Assembly: GCF_001447785.1 (NCBI RefSeq)
Contig: NW_015167073.1
Location: 308,692 to 372,691 of the forward strand
DNA length: 64,000 nt
Source: Gekko japonicus
Lineage: Eukaryota
Direction: 5' to 3'
Below, piece by piece: positions 13,224-23,415 of this stretch. Under the pieces are notes generated by a model, which was given only the letters and a program-made list of their open reading frames with translations, had not been told where the DNA came from and did no database searches. The position numbers and the translations under genes are program-made. Positions within the stretch are counted from its first letter, which is position 1. Each line of letters opens with the position of its first letter.

Positions 13224-13487
13224 CGTTGTGGGTAAAAAGAAAATCTGACAAGGCAATTACTATGCTCAGAATAATTTTATCATTGAACGTTTATGAGAGA
13301 TTCTAGAAATTTGGAACACAGTGAGCAGTAAACTGTCCCCTTGCCTTGCTCTATTGGCTGCGGCGGTAATAAGCTGTCATTCTGACTGGAGAATATATCA
13401 CTTGCTTTGTCTTCAGGAAAAGATGTTCCACGTTTTTTGCACCCCCGAGCTATTTTGGCTGAGCTATCTTACTTCAGTACTAAAGTG

Positions 13488-13493
13488 TTTATT
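13488..13493 (-). terminator. Candidate OR-1 polyA signal
   Basis: AATAAA on the minus strand 40 nt downstream of the OR-1 stop. Confidence 0.4.
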
Positions 13494-13532
13494 AACAGCC
13501 TGTGAGAGCCTGGCGACCAGTCAGGCAAGATT

Positions 13533-14483
13533 TTAATGCTTTAACTTTGGTTCCAAGCCCCATCTTTGGATCACTTTGGCGACGGCATCGTGGACATCCT
13601 TGTTCCGCAGGGTGTAAATGATGGGGTTGAGCAAAGGAGTGACCACAATATAAAAGATGGCAATTCTCTTGTCAAGGTCAGTGGCTGTGCCTGACCGAGG
13701 CCTCATGTACATGGAGATGACAGTGCCATAGAATAAGGTGACCACCGCCAAGTGAGAGGCACAAGTGGAGAAGGCCTTGTGACGTCCGGAAGCCGACTGC
13801 ATTTGCAAAACAGAGGACAGGATGAGGCCGTAGGAGGTCAGGATAACCGAGAGGGGAACCAGGAGGATCAGCACGGCTGCCCCAAATATAACAGCCTCTG
13901 TGACGTGAGTGTCGGCACACGCGAGTTTCAGAACGACTGGCAGCTCACAGAAGAAATGGTTGATGTGGTTGGGGCCGCAGAAAGGGAGGCGAAGGGTACA
14001 ACCCACATTCATCACGGAGAGGAGGAAGCCGCCTGCCCAAGAGGCTAAGGCCAGCTGCAACTGGCGCCACCTGCCCATGGCAATGACGTAGAGTAAGGGG
14101 TGGCAGATAGCCAAGTAACGGTCGTAGGCCATGGTGCCCAGCAGAAGGCCCTCAGTGCTACCGAGGGATAAAGCAATGTACATTTGTGCGGCACAACGGC
14201 TGAAGGAGATGGCTCCATTGCCAGCCAGTAGGTGAGACAGCATCTGAGGCACTGTACTGGTGACATAGCAGATTTCCAGGCTGGACAGGTGGGTTAAGAA
14301 GAAGTACATGGGGGTGTGGAGGCGGGAGTCCACCTGGATCAGCATGATGATCACCAGGTTCCCCACCACGGTCAGCAAGTAGATGAGGAGGATGACCACG
14401 AAGAGCAGAATCTGAGTCTTGCGGTGGTTGGAAAGTCCCACCAAGATGAACTGGGTGACAGAGGTGAAGTTCTCAGCCCTCAT
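13533..14483 (-). CDS. Olfactory receptor (class II), OR-1, 316 aa, intact
   Basis: Single-exon ORF: N-glycosylation NFT, LHTPMYFFL, MAYDRYLAICHPLLY, HFFCE, KAFSTCASHL, PLLNPIIYTLRN. Confidence 0.97.
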   Translation of the reverse strand: MRAENFTSVTQFILVGLSNHRKTQILLFVVILLIYLLTVVGNLVIIMLIQVDSRLHTPMYFFLTHLSSLEICYVTSTVPQMLSHLLAGNGAISFSRCAAQMYIALSLGSTEGLLLGTMAYDRYLAICHPLLYVIAMGRWRQLQLALASWAGGFLLSVMNVGCTLRLPFCGPNHINHFFCELPVVLKLACADTHVTEAVIFGAAVLILLVPLSVILTSYGLILSSVLQMQSASGRHKAFSTCASHLAVVTLFYGTVISMYMRPRSGTATDLDKRIAIFYIVVTPLLNPIIYTLRNKDVHDAVAKVIQRWGLEPKLKH

Positions 14484-14574
14484 CCTGGGCTCTTATCTGC
14501 AGAGCAAGGAGAGAGGAACATTTCCTCAGAAAGAGTCATAAAAGAAGAAGCTATGCTTTGTTCTACAGAAGAAC

Positions 14575-14752
14575 TTAAGAGAAGCCATGGTGGATTGAGC
14601 CAATGGCCCATCCAGTCCAACACTCTGGGTCACACAGTGGCCAAAACCCAGGTGTCATCAGGAAGTCCACTAACGGGGCCAGAACTCCAGAAGCCCTCCC
14701 ACTGTTGCCCCCTCCCCAAGTACCACCATGAATACAGAGCATCACTGCCCCA
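14575..14752 (-). mobile_element. CR1-type 3' end fragment
   Basis: Same family as 40060-40312 and 61418-61674. Confidence 0.7.
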
Positions 14753-15087
14753 GGCATGGTGTTACAGGTTATTCCCCCCCTCCCCCGGGAGTAAGGGATT
14801 GCACTTATACTCAGAAGTACTCAGCTCCAACTTTTTTCTGAGAATGCAAAAGAGCTCAAGTTGCAGAAGAAAGCAGAGAACTAGGAGAGCTGCAGATGAA
14901 GGGACTTTGGGCAGATGCCGTGTCCGGACTGGGGTTTTTAAAAGTCCGAAATCCTCTTTCGCGTATATCCTCCCCAAACACAGATGCTGCTGTTTGTCCC
15001 TGACTGCAATGAAGCGCATTGCACAACAGAGGGCTCCCGGTGTTTCTCTGAAACATTGTCTGAAGCTGAACTGCCTCCCAGAATTTA

Positions 15088-15286
15088 AGGGGAGAGGCTC
15101 AGGGGTAGAGCAGCTGCTTGGCACGCAGAAGGTCCCAGGTTCAATCCCGGGCATTTCCAGTTAAAGGGATCAGGTAACAGGTCATGTGAAAGACCTCTAC
15201 TAGAAACCCTGATAAGCCTCTGCCAGTCTGAGTAGGCAATACTGGTCTTGATGGTACCCACGGGTTCATCAGGCAGCTTCATGTGT
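15088..15286 (+). mobile_element. tRNA-derived SINE of a second family (tRNA-Ala-like head)
   Basis: GGCTCAG..GTAGAGC..TGCTTGGCA.GCAGAAGGTCCCAGGTTCAATCCC; related pieces at 57248-57302 and 35375-35424. Confidence 0.7.
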
Positions 15287-15703
15287 TTGTATTTTAGACC
15301 CATTCCTTCTATTTGCAGCTTCTGTTAAAGAAAACCATAGTCCCCTTTTCTTACGCAGATGTAAGTAGCCTGTTCTCCAGTCCTTACTTTATCCTCAAGG
15401 GCTCTTTTTGTAGCAGGAACTCATTTGCATATTAAGTGACACACCCCCTAATGTAGCCAGTCCTCCAAGAGCTTACAGTAGCCCCTGTAGAAGAGCTCTG
15501 TAAGCTCTGGGAGGATTGGCTACATTAGGGGTGTGTGGCCTAATATGCAAAGGAGTTCCTGCTACAAAAAGAGCCCGAGTCACAGCTGGTCTGTGAGGTA
15601 GATGAAGGTCAGGCTAAAATAAAGTGACGCACTCTCGGTCTCCCAACAAGTTCCATGGCAACTGAGGGTTGTGAACGCAGGTCTCTCAGGCCTTTGTCTG
15701 ACA

Positions 15704-16413
15704 GGAGGAGGAGGAAGAGGAGATTGGATTTATACTCCGCCCTTCACTACCCAAAGGAGTCTCAGAGTGGCTTATTTATTTATCTTTAGATTTGTATCCC
15801 GCCCTACCCCGAAGGCTCAGGGTGGCTAACAGGGGCACAAAGTGCCAGGATGAAAACAATAAAAGCACATAATATAAAACAGTAAAATACAGTAACAAAA
15901 TCACAGTGCTCCATTTGTCACAAGATGGGGTAGATCTGAAACCCAATGGTAGCTTTCCCGAAATCTATCATCCTTTTCCTTGCAGGGGAACCTCGCACCC
16001 CCAAATGGGCCAGATAGTCGTGGTGATGGTGCGACGGTGCATAGATGGCAATGATGGAGTAGTAGTGGTGGCGGCTCCTACTCGAAAGCCTGGCGGAAGA
16101 GCTCCGTCTTGCAGGCCCTGCAGAACTGAGAAAGATCCCGCAGGGCCCGGATCTCCTCCGGGAGCTCCTTCCACCAGGTAGGAGTTGCCACCGAACATGC
16201 CCTGACTCTTCTTTCCCTTCACCTCCCCACAACAGACACCCTGTGAGGTAGGTGGGGCTGAGAGAACTCTTTGAGAACTGTTCATGAGAGAACAGCTCTG
16301 AGAGAACTTGTGCCTGACCCAAGGTCACACCAGCATGTGGAGGAGTGGGGAATCAAACCCTGTTCTCCCATATTAGAGTCTGTGTTCCTAACCACTATTC
16401 CAAACTGGCTCTC
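15704..16413 (-). mobile_element. Squam3-like SINE split by an L2 insertion
   Basis: Tail half 15704-15774 and head half 16206-16413 are collinear with intact copies. Confidence 0.8.
15775..16205 (-). mobile_element. L2 LINE 3' fragment nested inside a SINE
   Basis: Homologous to 37856-38290; splits the SINE at 15704-16413. Confidence 0.8.
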
Positions 16414-16848
16414 AAAGCACTACCCTGGATCAGTTTGAGCCACACCATGGAGAACTAAAATCAAAATAGTGCTTTCAGTTGTAACAAAAGATTTGTGAAA
16501 TTAAAATTATTCACTAAATAAAACAGAAAATATGATGGCAGTAATTTCCCCATCTGTTGAGAAAACCATGAGTGTTTTTTGTTTCCCCATTTCTTAAGAA
16601 AACCTCCTGACAACAGACACCCTGTGAAGTAGGTGGGGCTGAGAGAGTTCTTTTGAGAACTGCTTTTGAGAGAACAGCTCTGACAGCTCCCAAGGTCACA
16701 CCAGCAGCTGCGCATGGAGGAGTGGGGAATCAAACCCGATTCTCCCAGATTTGAGTCTGTACTCCTAACTGGCTGTCTTTCTTTTGTGAGAATATGAGAC
16801 TACCTTAGAGACCTGTTCGTAGATACAAGCCTCCCTCACACATCTAAG

Positions 16849-17240
16849 CAGGGCTATTTTGGGGCACGAACTCACAGGAACGGAGTTCCGGCTGGCTCCT
16901 GAGTTGGCCATGCCCAGCCGGAACTCATTAGCATAAGAGGCCACACCCAACAGCAGAAACTCATCAGGATTGGCTACATTAGGGGTATGTGGCCTAACAT
17001 GCAAATACGTTCCTGCTACAAAAAAAGCCCTGGGTTTTGACAACAAAGCAAACAGAATAAGAAGCAAAAGGTGGGTGTGGCTGGATGACCACACTTCTGG
17101 TAACATGGGTGTGTGGCCTAATATGCCAATGAGCTGTGCCATCAGGGGTGTGGCCTGATATGCTAATGAGTTTCTGCTGTTGGGTGTGGCCTATTATGCT
17201 AATGAGTTCCTGCTGGGCTTTATCTACAAAAAGAGCCCTG
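16849..17240. mobile_element. hAT MITE (CAGGGCT family), composite
   Basis: TSD CATCTAAG/CATTTAAG; extra internal terminus at about 17032. Confidence 0.7.
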
Positions 17241-18388
17241 CATTTAAGTATGTAGAACTAACATATGTAGCAGAACAAGGACTGTACCTTCTGACCCTGA
17301 CCCGATGTACGTGCAGGCTAATATTAGCACTGAATAAATGCAGGTGCCACTTCTGCACACACAGGCTTGGATCAAGCAACGTGCAAGTGGTAAAATAAAC
17401 AGATGTGTGTAGCATCTTGTGCTACACTTAGTGTTTTCCAGAATTTGGTTATATAAGATTGTGCACAAATGGGGATACAGTATGTTTGACTCCGTGCAAG
17501 CGGCTACTACAGTCTTTTTCTCTACAGTTCTCGAATGAATGCACAGGCCACTCTAGTTATGAAGGGAAGATTAAGAAAGATCCCTTACTCAGTCCGCTTT
17601 TGCGAAAGTTCTCAGGGGAAAATTGGTACTTTAGTACATATTTTATTGGCGCGTCCTCTTTATATTAGCCTTAGAAGTAGGTTTTTAACACAGTACTGAG
17701 ATAATGTTTCATCTTTGCCTCGTCACAAGCTAGTTTTACTCAATTTATCTGACAGATTCCCTAATCTCACCCTTGCTGTTGCGAGATTTTTCCATTGGTC
17801 TAGTATTGCGTCCAGATACTGCTACTTAACAGAAGTGTTTTTGACCGCTCAAGGCTTTTAGTCAAGGAACTTTAATCAGATGAAAGGAAAGTGCTCTAGC
17901 TCACGCAGAAATTTTGCTCTGGACCCAGTCCATTCCCACAGCTAAGAATGCTGCTTTTCCAGGCTTTTTAATAAAGGGGATGGAGTCTAAGTGCTTACAC
18001 TTTGTACATGCCTAGATTCTATGCCAACATCAGATGGAATATGTTTGGCAAAGTCTAAGATGTTTGATCCCATTCCCCTCTCAGTTTGTATTGTTTGGAC
18101 CCGTGTGAGAGTCATGCTAGTGACAGTAGCAAGGAAAGTTAAAGGGGAAAATAAAAAAGGAGTTATGATTTTGTTTTGCACCTTTCCAAAGTCAGAGACG
18201 TGGGGGGAAATGACCCACGCTTACCAAACTTTCTCCCTTGAGTTCAATGCAAGTTCCCATAGAGTAAAATGTCAAGGTAGAACTCTTCTTCGCTCGCTTC
18301 AGGGATAGTACTTACCCTGCTTGTGTCCAGTAATGCAGCAGATTGCAAGCGACTCCCCATAATCCGAATCCCAAATTGTAAAATCAGA

Positions 18389-18430
18389 TCTTACCTTCAT
18401 GTTTCTTCCAGGGGTTCCTCAGCATCCCCC
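18389..18430 (-). other. Candidate 3' end and splice donor of an OR-1 5' non-coding exon
   Basis: GAAG|GTAAGA (exon end 18395); flank is homologous to 35871-35910 upstream of OR-2. Confidence 0.5.
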
Positions 18431-18477
18431 AGGGCTACTGATGAAAGTTGCATACTATGCAGCACTGAAAAGGCTAC

Positions 18478-18686
18478 CCAGCGCTCCCTCTAAGCTGTGG
18501 AGTCTTCTGAGCAAAAATTCTACTTTGTGAGCGACTGGCATTAAAAGTTGTGAGTGAGCGATTTGGCTGCTGCATCAATCAGTTTGCTTTGGAGCCATCC
18601 TTCCCCAGCGAAGACAAAAACGTTTGAGCCCGAGGCTAAAAAACTGTGAGCTGGCTCACTCTAACTCAGCTTAGATGGAACACTGC
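18478..18686. mobile_element. hAT MITE (same family)
   Basis: Reverse complement of 9962-10167. Confidence 0.75.
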
Positions 18687-19160
18687 CCACGACCCACCCT
18701 CAGTTGCTGATTGTTCGGTGGCTCGTTCCTCCAGCATGGAAGCAGAAATCATTTGCAATCTGCTAATGGTAAAAGAGCAGGATCCGGAGATCCTCTGGAG
18801 TTAAATATGGACTTAGGTGACTCAAAGATATACACAGGAAGCAATGTATGAACCATCTACTTTGCTGGCTTAGACGCTGCAGTTTCTCTTGGTGTCATTG
18901 ACCGTCAGGAGAAGGTTCCCACTGTCCCATCATCTAGAACGGGGAGAGAAATCCTTTTAGCCTAGCCTTGTGTTTCTTGACCGGAGGTCATTTTCCAGGC
19001 CTTCAGAAGTCCGTCCATGTCATACTAGCTGAGATCCTTTACCTGGAGTTGGCAAAGATTCTTTACAAGCAAAATACGTAATTGGAAATGACACTCTGGC
19101 TCCTAGACCGCTCTGATGATCTTGCGACTAGTTTTAAAGCCCTTGAATATGATGGTTAGT

Positions 19161-19345
19161 CCTGACCTAGATGGCCCAGGCTAGCCCAACCTCATCAGAT
19201 CTTGGAAGCTAAGCAGGGCCAGCTCTGGTTAGCACTTGGATGGGAGACCGCCAAGGAAGTCCACGGTTGTGATACGGAATCAGGCAATGGCAAACCACCT
19301 AAGTCTCTTGCCTTAAGACCCCTACAGGGTCTCTAAAAGTCACCA
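19161..19345 (+). mobile_element. 5S rRNA-derived SINE
   Basis: CTCATCAGATCTTGGAAGCTAAGCAGGG...TTAGCACTTGGATGGGAGACC (5S internal control region) followed by a non-5S tail. Confidence 0.75.
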
Positions 19346-20235
19346 ACATAACCATTCCCTGTGTCAAATCACAGCAAGCATGCTGGCTTTCCCCCCTTCT
19401 CTACAACTTGGCAAAGATTTGGTGATTCAGGAAGGTAATGAAGACTTCAGATCTACTCTGTGGGGAGCACGCTGATCCCTCAGTGCTTTATTGTGGATTA
19501 TTAATAGCCTGCTTTCTCTTGATCCGCCTCATGGGTCTGAAGAGCTTCAGGTCCTCTCCAGGACAGAAAGACTTTTCACAACGCCCCAGGCAAATGTGGT
19601 CAATTAGCCAGCTAGCCAGCAACAAGGACTGGATGCATTCTTGCACAAGGCAAAAAATGCAACATTTTAAATTAGGATTTATGAAAACTGGATGTAATTA
19701 AATGCACATCATTAGTTGTGCAGTCTTTAATTTGGTCCCATTATCCGGGGTGGGGGGAGTTGTAAACAGTCGATACTGGCCCACACAAAATTCCAGGACA
19801 AGAACGAAAATCCATGTAATCCCTTTTTGTTAGGGCTGATGCAAAAGGGGTATAGATGAGGTAAATAAATATATATGTGACCCTCGTGTCTTGCCAAATT
19901 CATGACTATACTTGAAAAGTTGTTTCAACCTAGCCTGGTGAAACTATAATTAGAGAATTAGAGCCCCGCAGGCCTTCTGAATGGCCATTGGAGATCTGAT
20001 TGGCTGTGTGTTTTAAAGCAACATTGTTTGGGCAGCAACTGCCAACACAGTGTTGGTTTTATTCTGGTGTACAATTAAGCAATTTGCATGACCACCATCT
20101 CTTGGGCTTTTAGTGGGTTTTCTTTTCTTTCACCTATAGTATGTAGTTCCCTGTCCCGATTTTCATTGTAGTTTTCATAGTTTGTAGTTATAGAAAATGC
20201 AAATTAAAAAATCCCCCACGGGGGGCATTAAAAAA

Positions 20236-20242
20236 GAAGAAG

Positions 20243-20272
<30 letters not shown>
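20236..20272. repeat. (GAA)n microsatellite
   Basis: Direct read. Confidence 0.9.
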
Positions 20273-20273
<1 letters not shown>

Positions 20274-21300
20274 TGGGCTGCCTGCTGCCAGAATGCTCCT
20301 ATTTCCTTAAATGCCAGCTGAAGCGAGATGTGAGTAAACCTTAAAAGGAAAGCAACAGGTGGATAAACTGTGTTACGCCAACAGCTTTATCTACAGCTGA
20401 GGCTTGCTATAGTTTAACATGAGTTCTGACCAGCTATACCAGGGTCATGTCCAAACCCAGATTCCCAGTAATGTAGACCACACGGGTATTTTTCCAAAAC
20501 AAATAATTTCTTTACTAAGCAATATCAAAGTTACACATACAAAATAATCAGTCTCTCAATTCACATACACTCAAGGTTCCTTTAGAATTACAGAAATAGA
20601 AATAAAATAGATTATCAGTTACGTGGAGGTAGGTAGGTAGCTATTCCGATTTATACTCGCCTGTGTCCAGAAGTCTTGTCTGTTGCAATGGGAATGGGGT
20701 AGAAAGTAATACCTAGGGGTTAAACTAAATCACACCTGCTAGAACCAGCTAAGCAAGTATGGGTCTCTTTGGCTGCAGTCCAAGAGATCTTGAAGTAGAC
20801 AAAGGATTGTTGGATAGAAAGCTGGACCTTAGGGGTAGAAAATAAGATAGAGGTCGTGGAGAAGGGAGGTGGCTAGCAAAGACCTAGGGTTTGGGTATTT
20901 ACTTTTATAGTTGAATCTCCAGGTGGGTGGCACCTTGCCAATCTGTAATCCCATTACAAGTCCATCCCATAGTTCTTCCCTATTGGTGCATGTGGAAAAG
21001 GGGCAGGTATGCTATGGGTTGGGTCAATATTTGAAAAACTACACTTTATCTCATTGAATAGCCATCTGGCCAGGTGTGAAATGTCGGCTTCCTGCATCCT
21101 CTTTGAAGTACAGATGAATCTTGGCGTTCCCAGGCATAAACAGGAAACTTGCAATACAGATGCAGATCAGGTCCGTGTCCTGCGCGACATCTCCTTTCAG
21201 TAATGGGGGAATTCTTCTCCTTGGTCACTTTTCTCTGCTCACAATGGCTAACATGTGCTCCTTCTTCCCATGATGCTCTCTGAGCTGAATGTGTGCAAGC

Positions 21301-22398
21301 TTGTTGTTGTTCAGTCGCACAGTCGAGTCCGACTCTTCGCGACCCCATGGATCATCTCCCGCCAGGCCCTCCTGTCTTCCGCCGTCCTCTGAAGTTGGCT
21401 CAATTTCATGTTCGTTGCATCGATGACACTGTCTAACCATCTCATCCTTTGCCGTCCCCGTCTTCTTTGACCTTCAATCTTTCCCAGCATCAGGGTCTTC
21501 TCCAGGGAGTGCTCCCTTCTCATTGGGTGGCCAAAGTATTTGAGCTTCAGCTTCAGTATCTGGCCTTCCAGGGAACAGTCAGGGTTGATTTCTTTTAGGA
21601 TTGACTGATTTGATCTTCTTGCAGTCCAAGGGACTCTCAAGAGTCTTCTCCAGCACCATAGTTCAAAAGAATCTATTCTTCGGCGCTCGGCCTTCCTTAT
21701 AGTCCAACTCTCGCAGCCATACATGACTACTGGGAATACCATTGCTTTGACCATGCGGACTTTTGTTGGCAGGGTGATGTCTCTACTTTTTATCATGCTG
21801 TTTAGGTTCGCCATCGCTTTCCTCCCAAGGAGCAGGCGTCTTTTAATTTCATGGCTGCAGTCACAGTCTGCGGTGATCTGGGATCCCAGGAACGTGAAGT
21901 CTGTCACTACTTCCACGACTTCCCCTTCTATTTGCCAAGGAGTGATGGGGCCGGATGCCATGATCTTAGTTTTTTTGATGTTGAGCTTCAAGCCCACTTT
22001 TGCGCTCTCCTCTTTTACCCTGAGCAAGAGGCTCTTTAGGTCCTCTTCACTTTCAGCCATTAGAGTGGTATCATCTGCATATCTGAGGTTGTTGATCTTT
22101 TCCCCAGCAATCTTAATTCCCGCTTGTGATTCATCCAGGCCAGCATTTTGCATGATGTACTCTGCATATATATTAAATAAGCAAGGTGACAATATACATC
22201 CTTGTCGTACTCCTTTTCCTATGCTGAACCAATCAGTTGTTCCATATCCGGTTCTAACTGTCGCTTCTTGGCCCTTATACAGGTTTCTCAAGAGACATGT
22301 GAGGTGGTCTGGTACTCCCATCTCTTTAAGGACCTGCCATAGTTTGTTGTGATCCACACAGTCAAAGGCTTTAGCATAGTCAATGAAGCAGAAGTAGC
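21301..22398 (-). mobile_element. BovB (RTE clade) LINE, 5'-truncated, with an uninterrupted RT C-terminal ORF
   Basis: ORF 21311-22357: GVRQGCILSP, NLRYADD, YGCESWT, ELWCWRRLLRVPWT; (CAA)n tail. Confidence 0.95.
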
Positions 22399-23061
22399 TA
22401 CATTAACATAAAATGCAGGCAAGGGTTCCCTATGTGAAGTCTCTCACAGTAGGTGAAGCAAACAGCTTTCTTTGGCTCATGGTATACAGATGTGTGCACA
22501 GTCCATGTGTTGCGTGTGTGTAGCAGATATAAAACCATAACTTAGTTCATTTCCCAAACACTGGAAGAAATGAGTTGTTGGGAAATGAGTTGTTGGGAAA
22601 CTGGAAGAAATGGGGTCCAGCAACCTGAGACCTGACCCAGCATGGTAAATCTTTTGTTCCAGTGGTAAAAACAAGGGCCAAGTTGGGTCATTTTATCGCA
22701 CATGCAAGATTCAAGACTACTGGCAACTCACAGAAGATATCTTAACCACTCCTTTTGCATTTCTGGTTGGTGAAAATACGGAGTTTTGCTGAGTCATTTT
22801 CATTTCAAGAAATTCTACTGAGTCCCATGGATGTATTGATGTATTGGAAAGGTTGAAGACAACCCAGCTGCTTTGTTTAAAAACATTGCCATTCATTTGA
22901 ATATTTATGTATGTACTATGAAAAAATAATAGCAAAAGAATAATTGGTTAAGTTGCCTGCTTTGAGAAGTGCACTTGTCTTTATTCATGCTCTAGATGTG
23001 TATTTGTAAATACAGCATGCATTGCAAAGACAGTAGAATTCCCATGTATTTTGTCATTTAA

Positions 23062-23415
23062 TGGAAACCAAAGCCAGTGGAGGTGATGGTATTCCAGCTG
23101 AACTATTCAAAGTCTTAAAAGATTATGCTGTTCAAGTGCTGCACTCAATATGCCAGCAAATTTGGAAAACGCAACAGTGGCCACAGGATTGGAAAAGTTC
23201 AGTATACATTCCAATCCCAAAGAAGGGCAATGCCAAGGAATGTTCAAACTATCGCACAATTGCACTCATATCACACGCTAGCAAGGTCATGCTCAAGATC
23301 CTACAAGCTAGGCTTCAACAGTACGTGGATAGAGAACTACAGGAGGGCCTGGCGGGATCTGGTCCATGGGGTCGCGAAGAGTCGGACTCGACTGTGCGAC
23401 TGAACAACGACAAAA
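23062..23415 (+). mobile_element. BovB LINE fragment with an internal deletion
   Basis: DGIPAELF...WPQDWK...PKKGNAKECSNYRTIALISH...DREL fused directly to the BovB 3' end (GTCGCGAAGAGTCGGACTCGACTGTGCGACTGAACAAC). Confidence 0.9.

Noticed and set aside
15088-15160. tRNA gene
   Set aside because: tRNA-like head continues into a SINE body; the same holds for the Squam3-like heads.
14316-15164. 282-aa plus-strand ORF
   Set aside because: Antisense to the OR-1 5' end and runs through CR1 and SINE fragments; no recognisable protein.
19161-19345. 5S rRNA gene
   Set aside because: Only the internal part resembles 5S; the 5' end and tail are non-5S and copies are dispersed and diverged, so it is a SINE.
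21723-22352. 209-aa plus-strand ORF
   Set aside because: Antisense shadow of the BovB RT frame.
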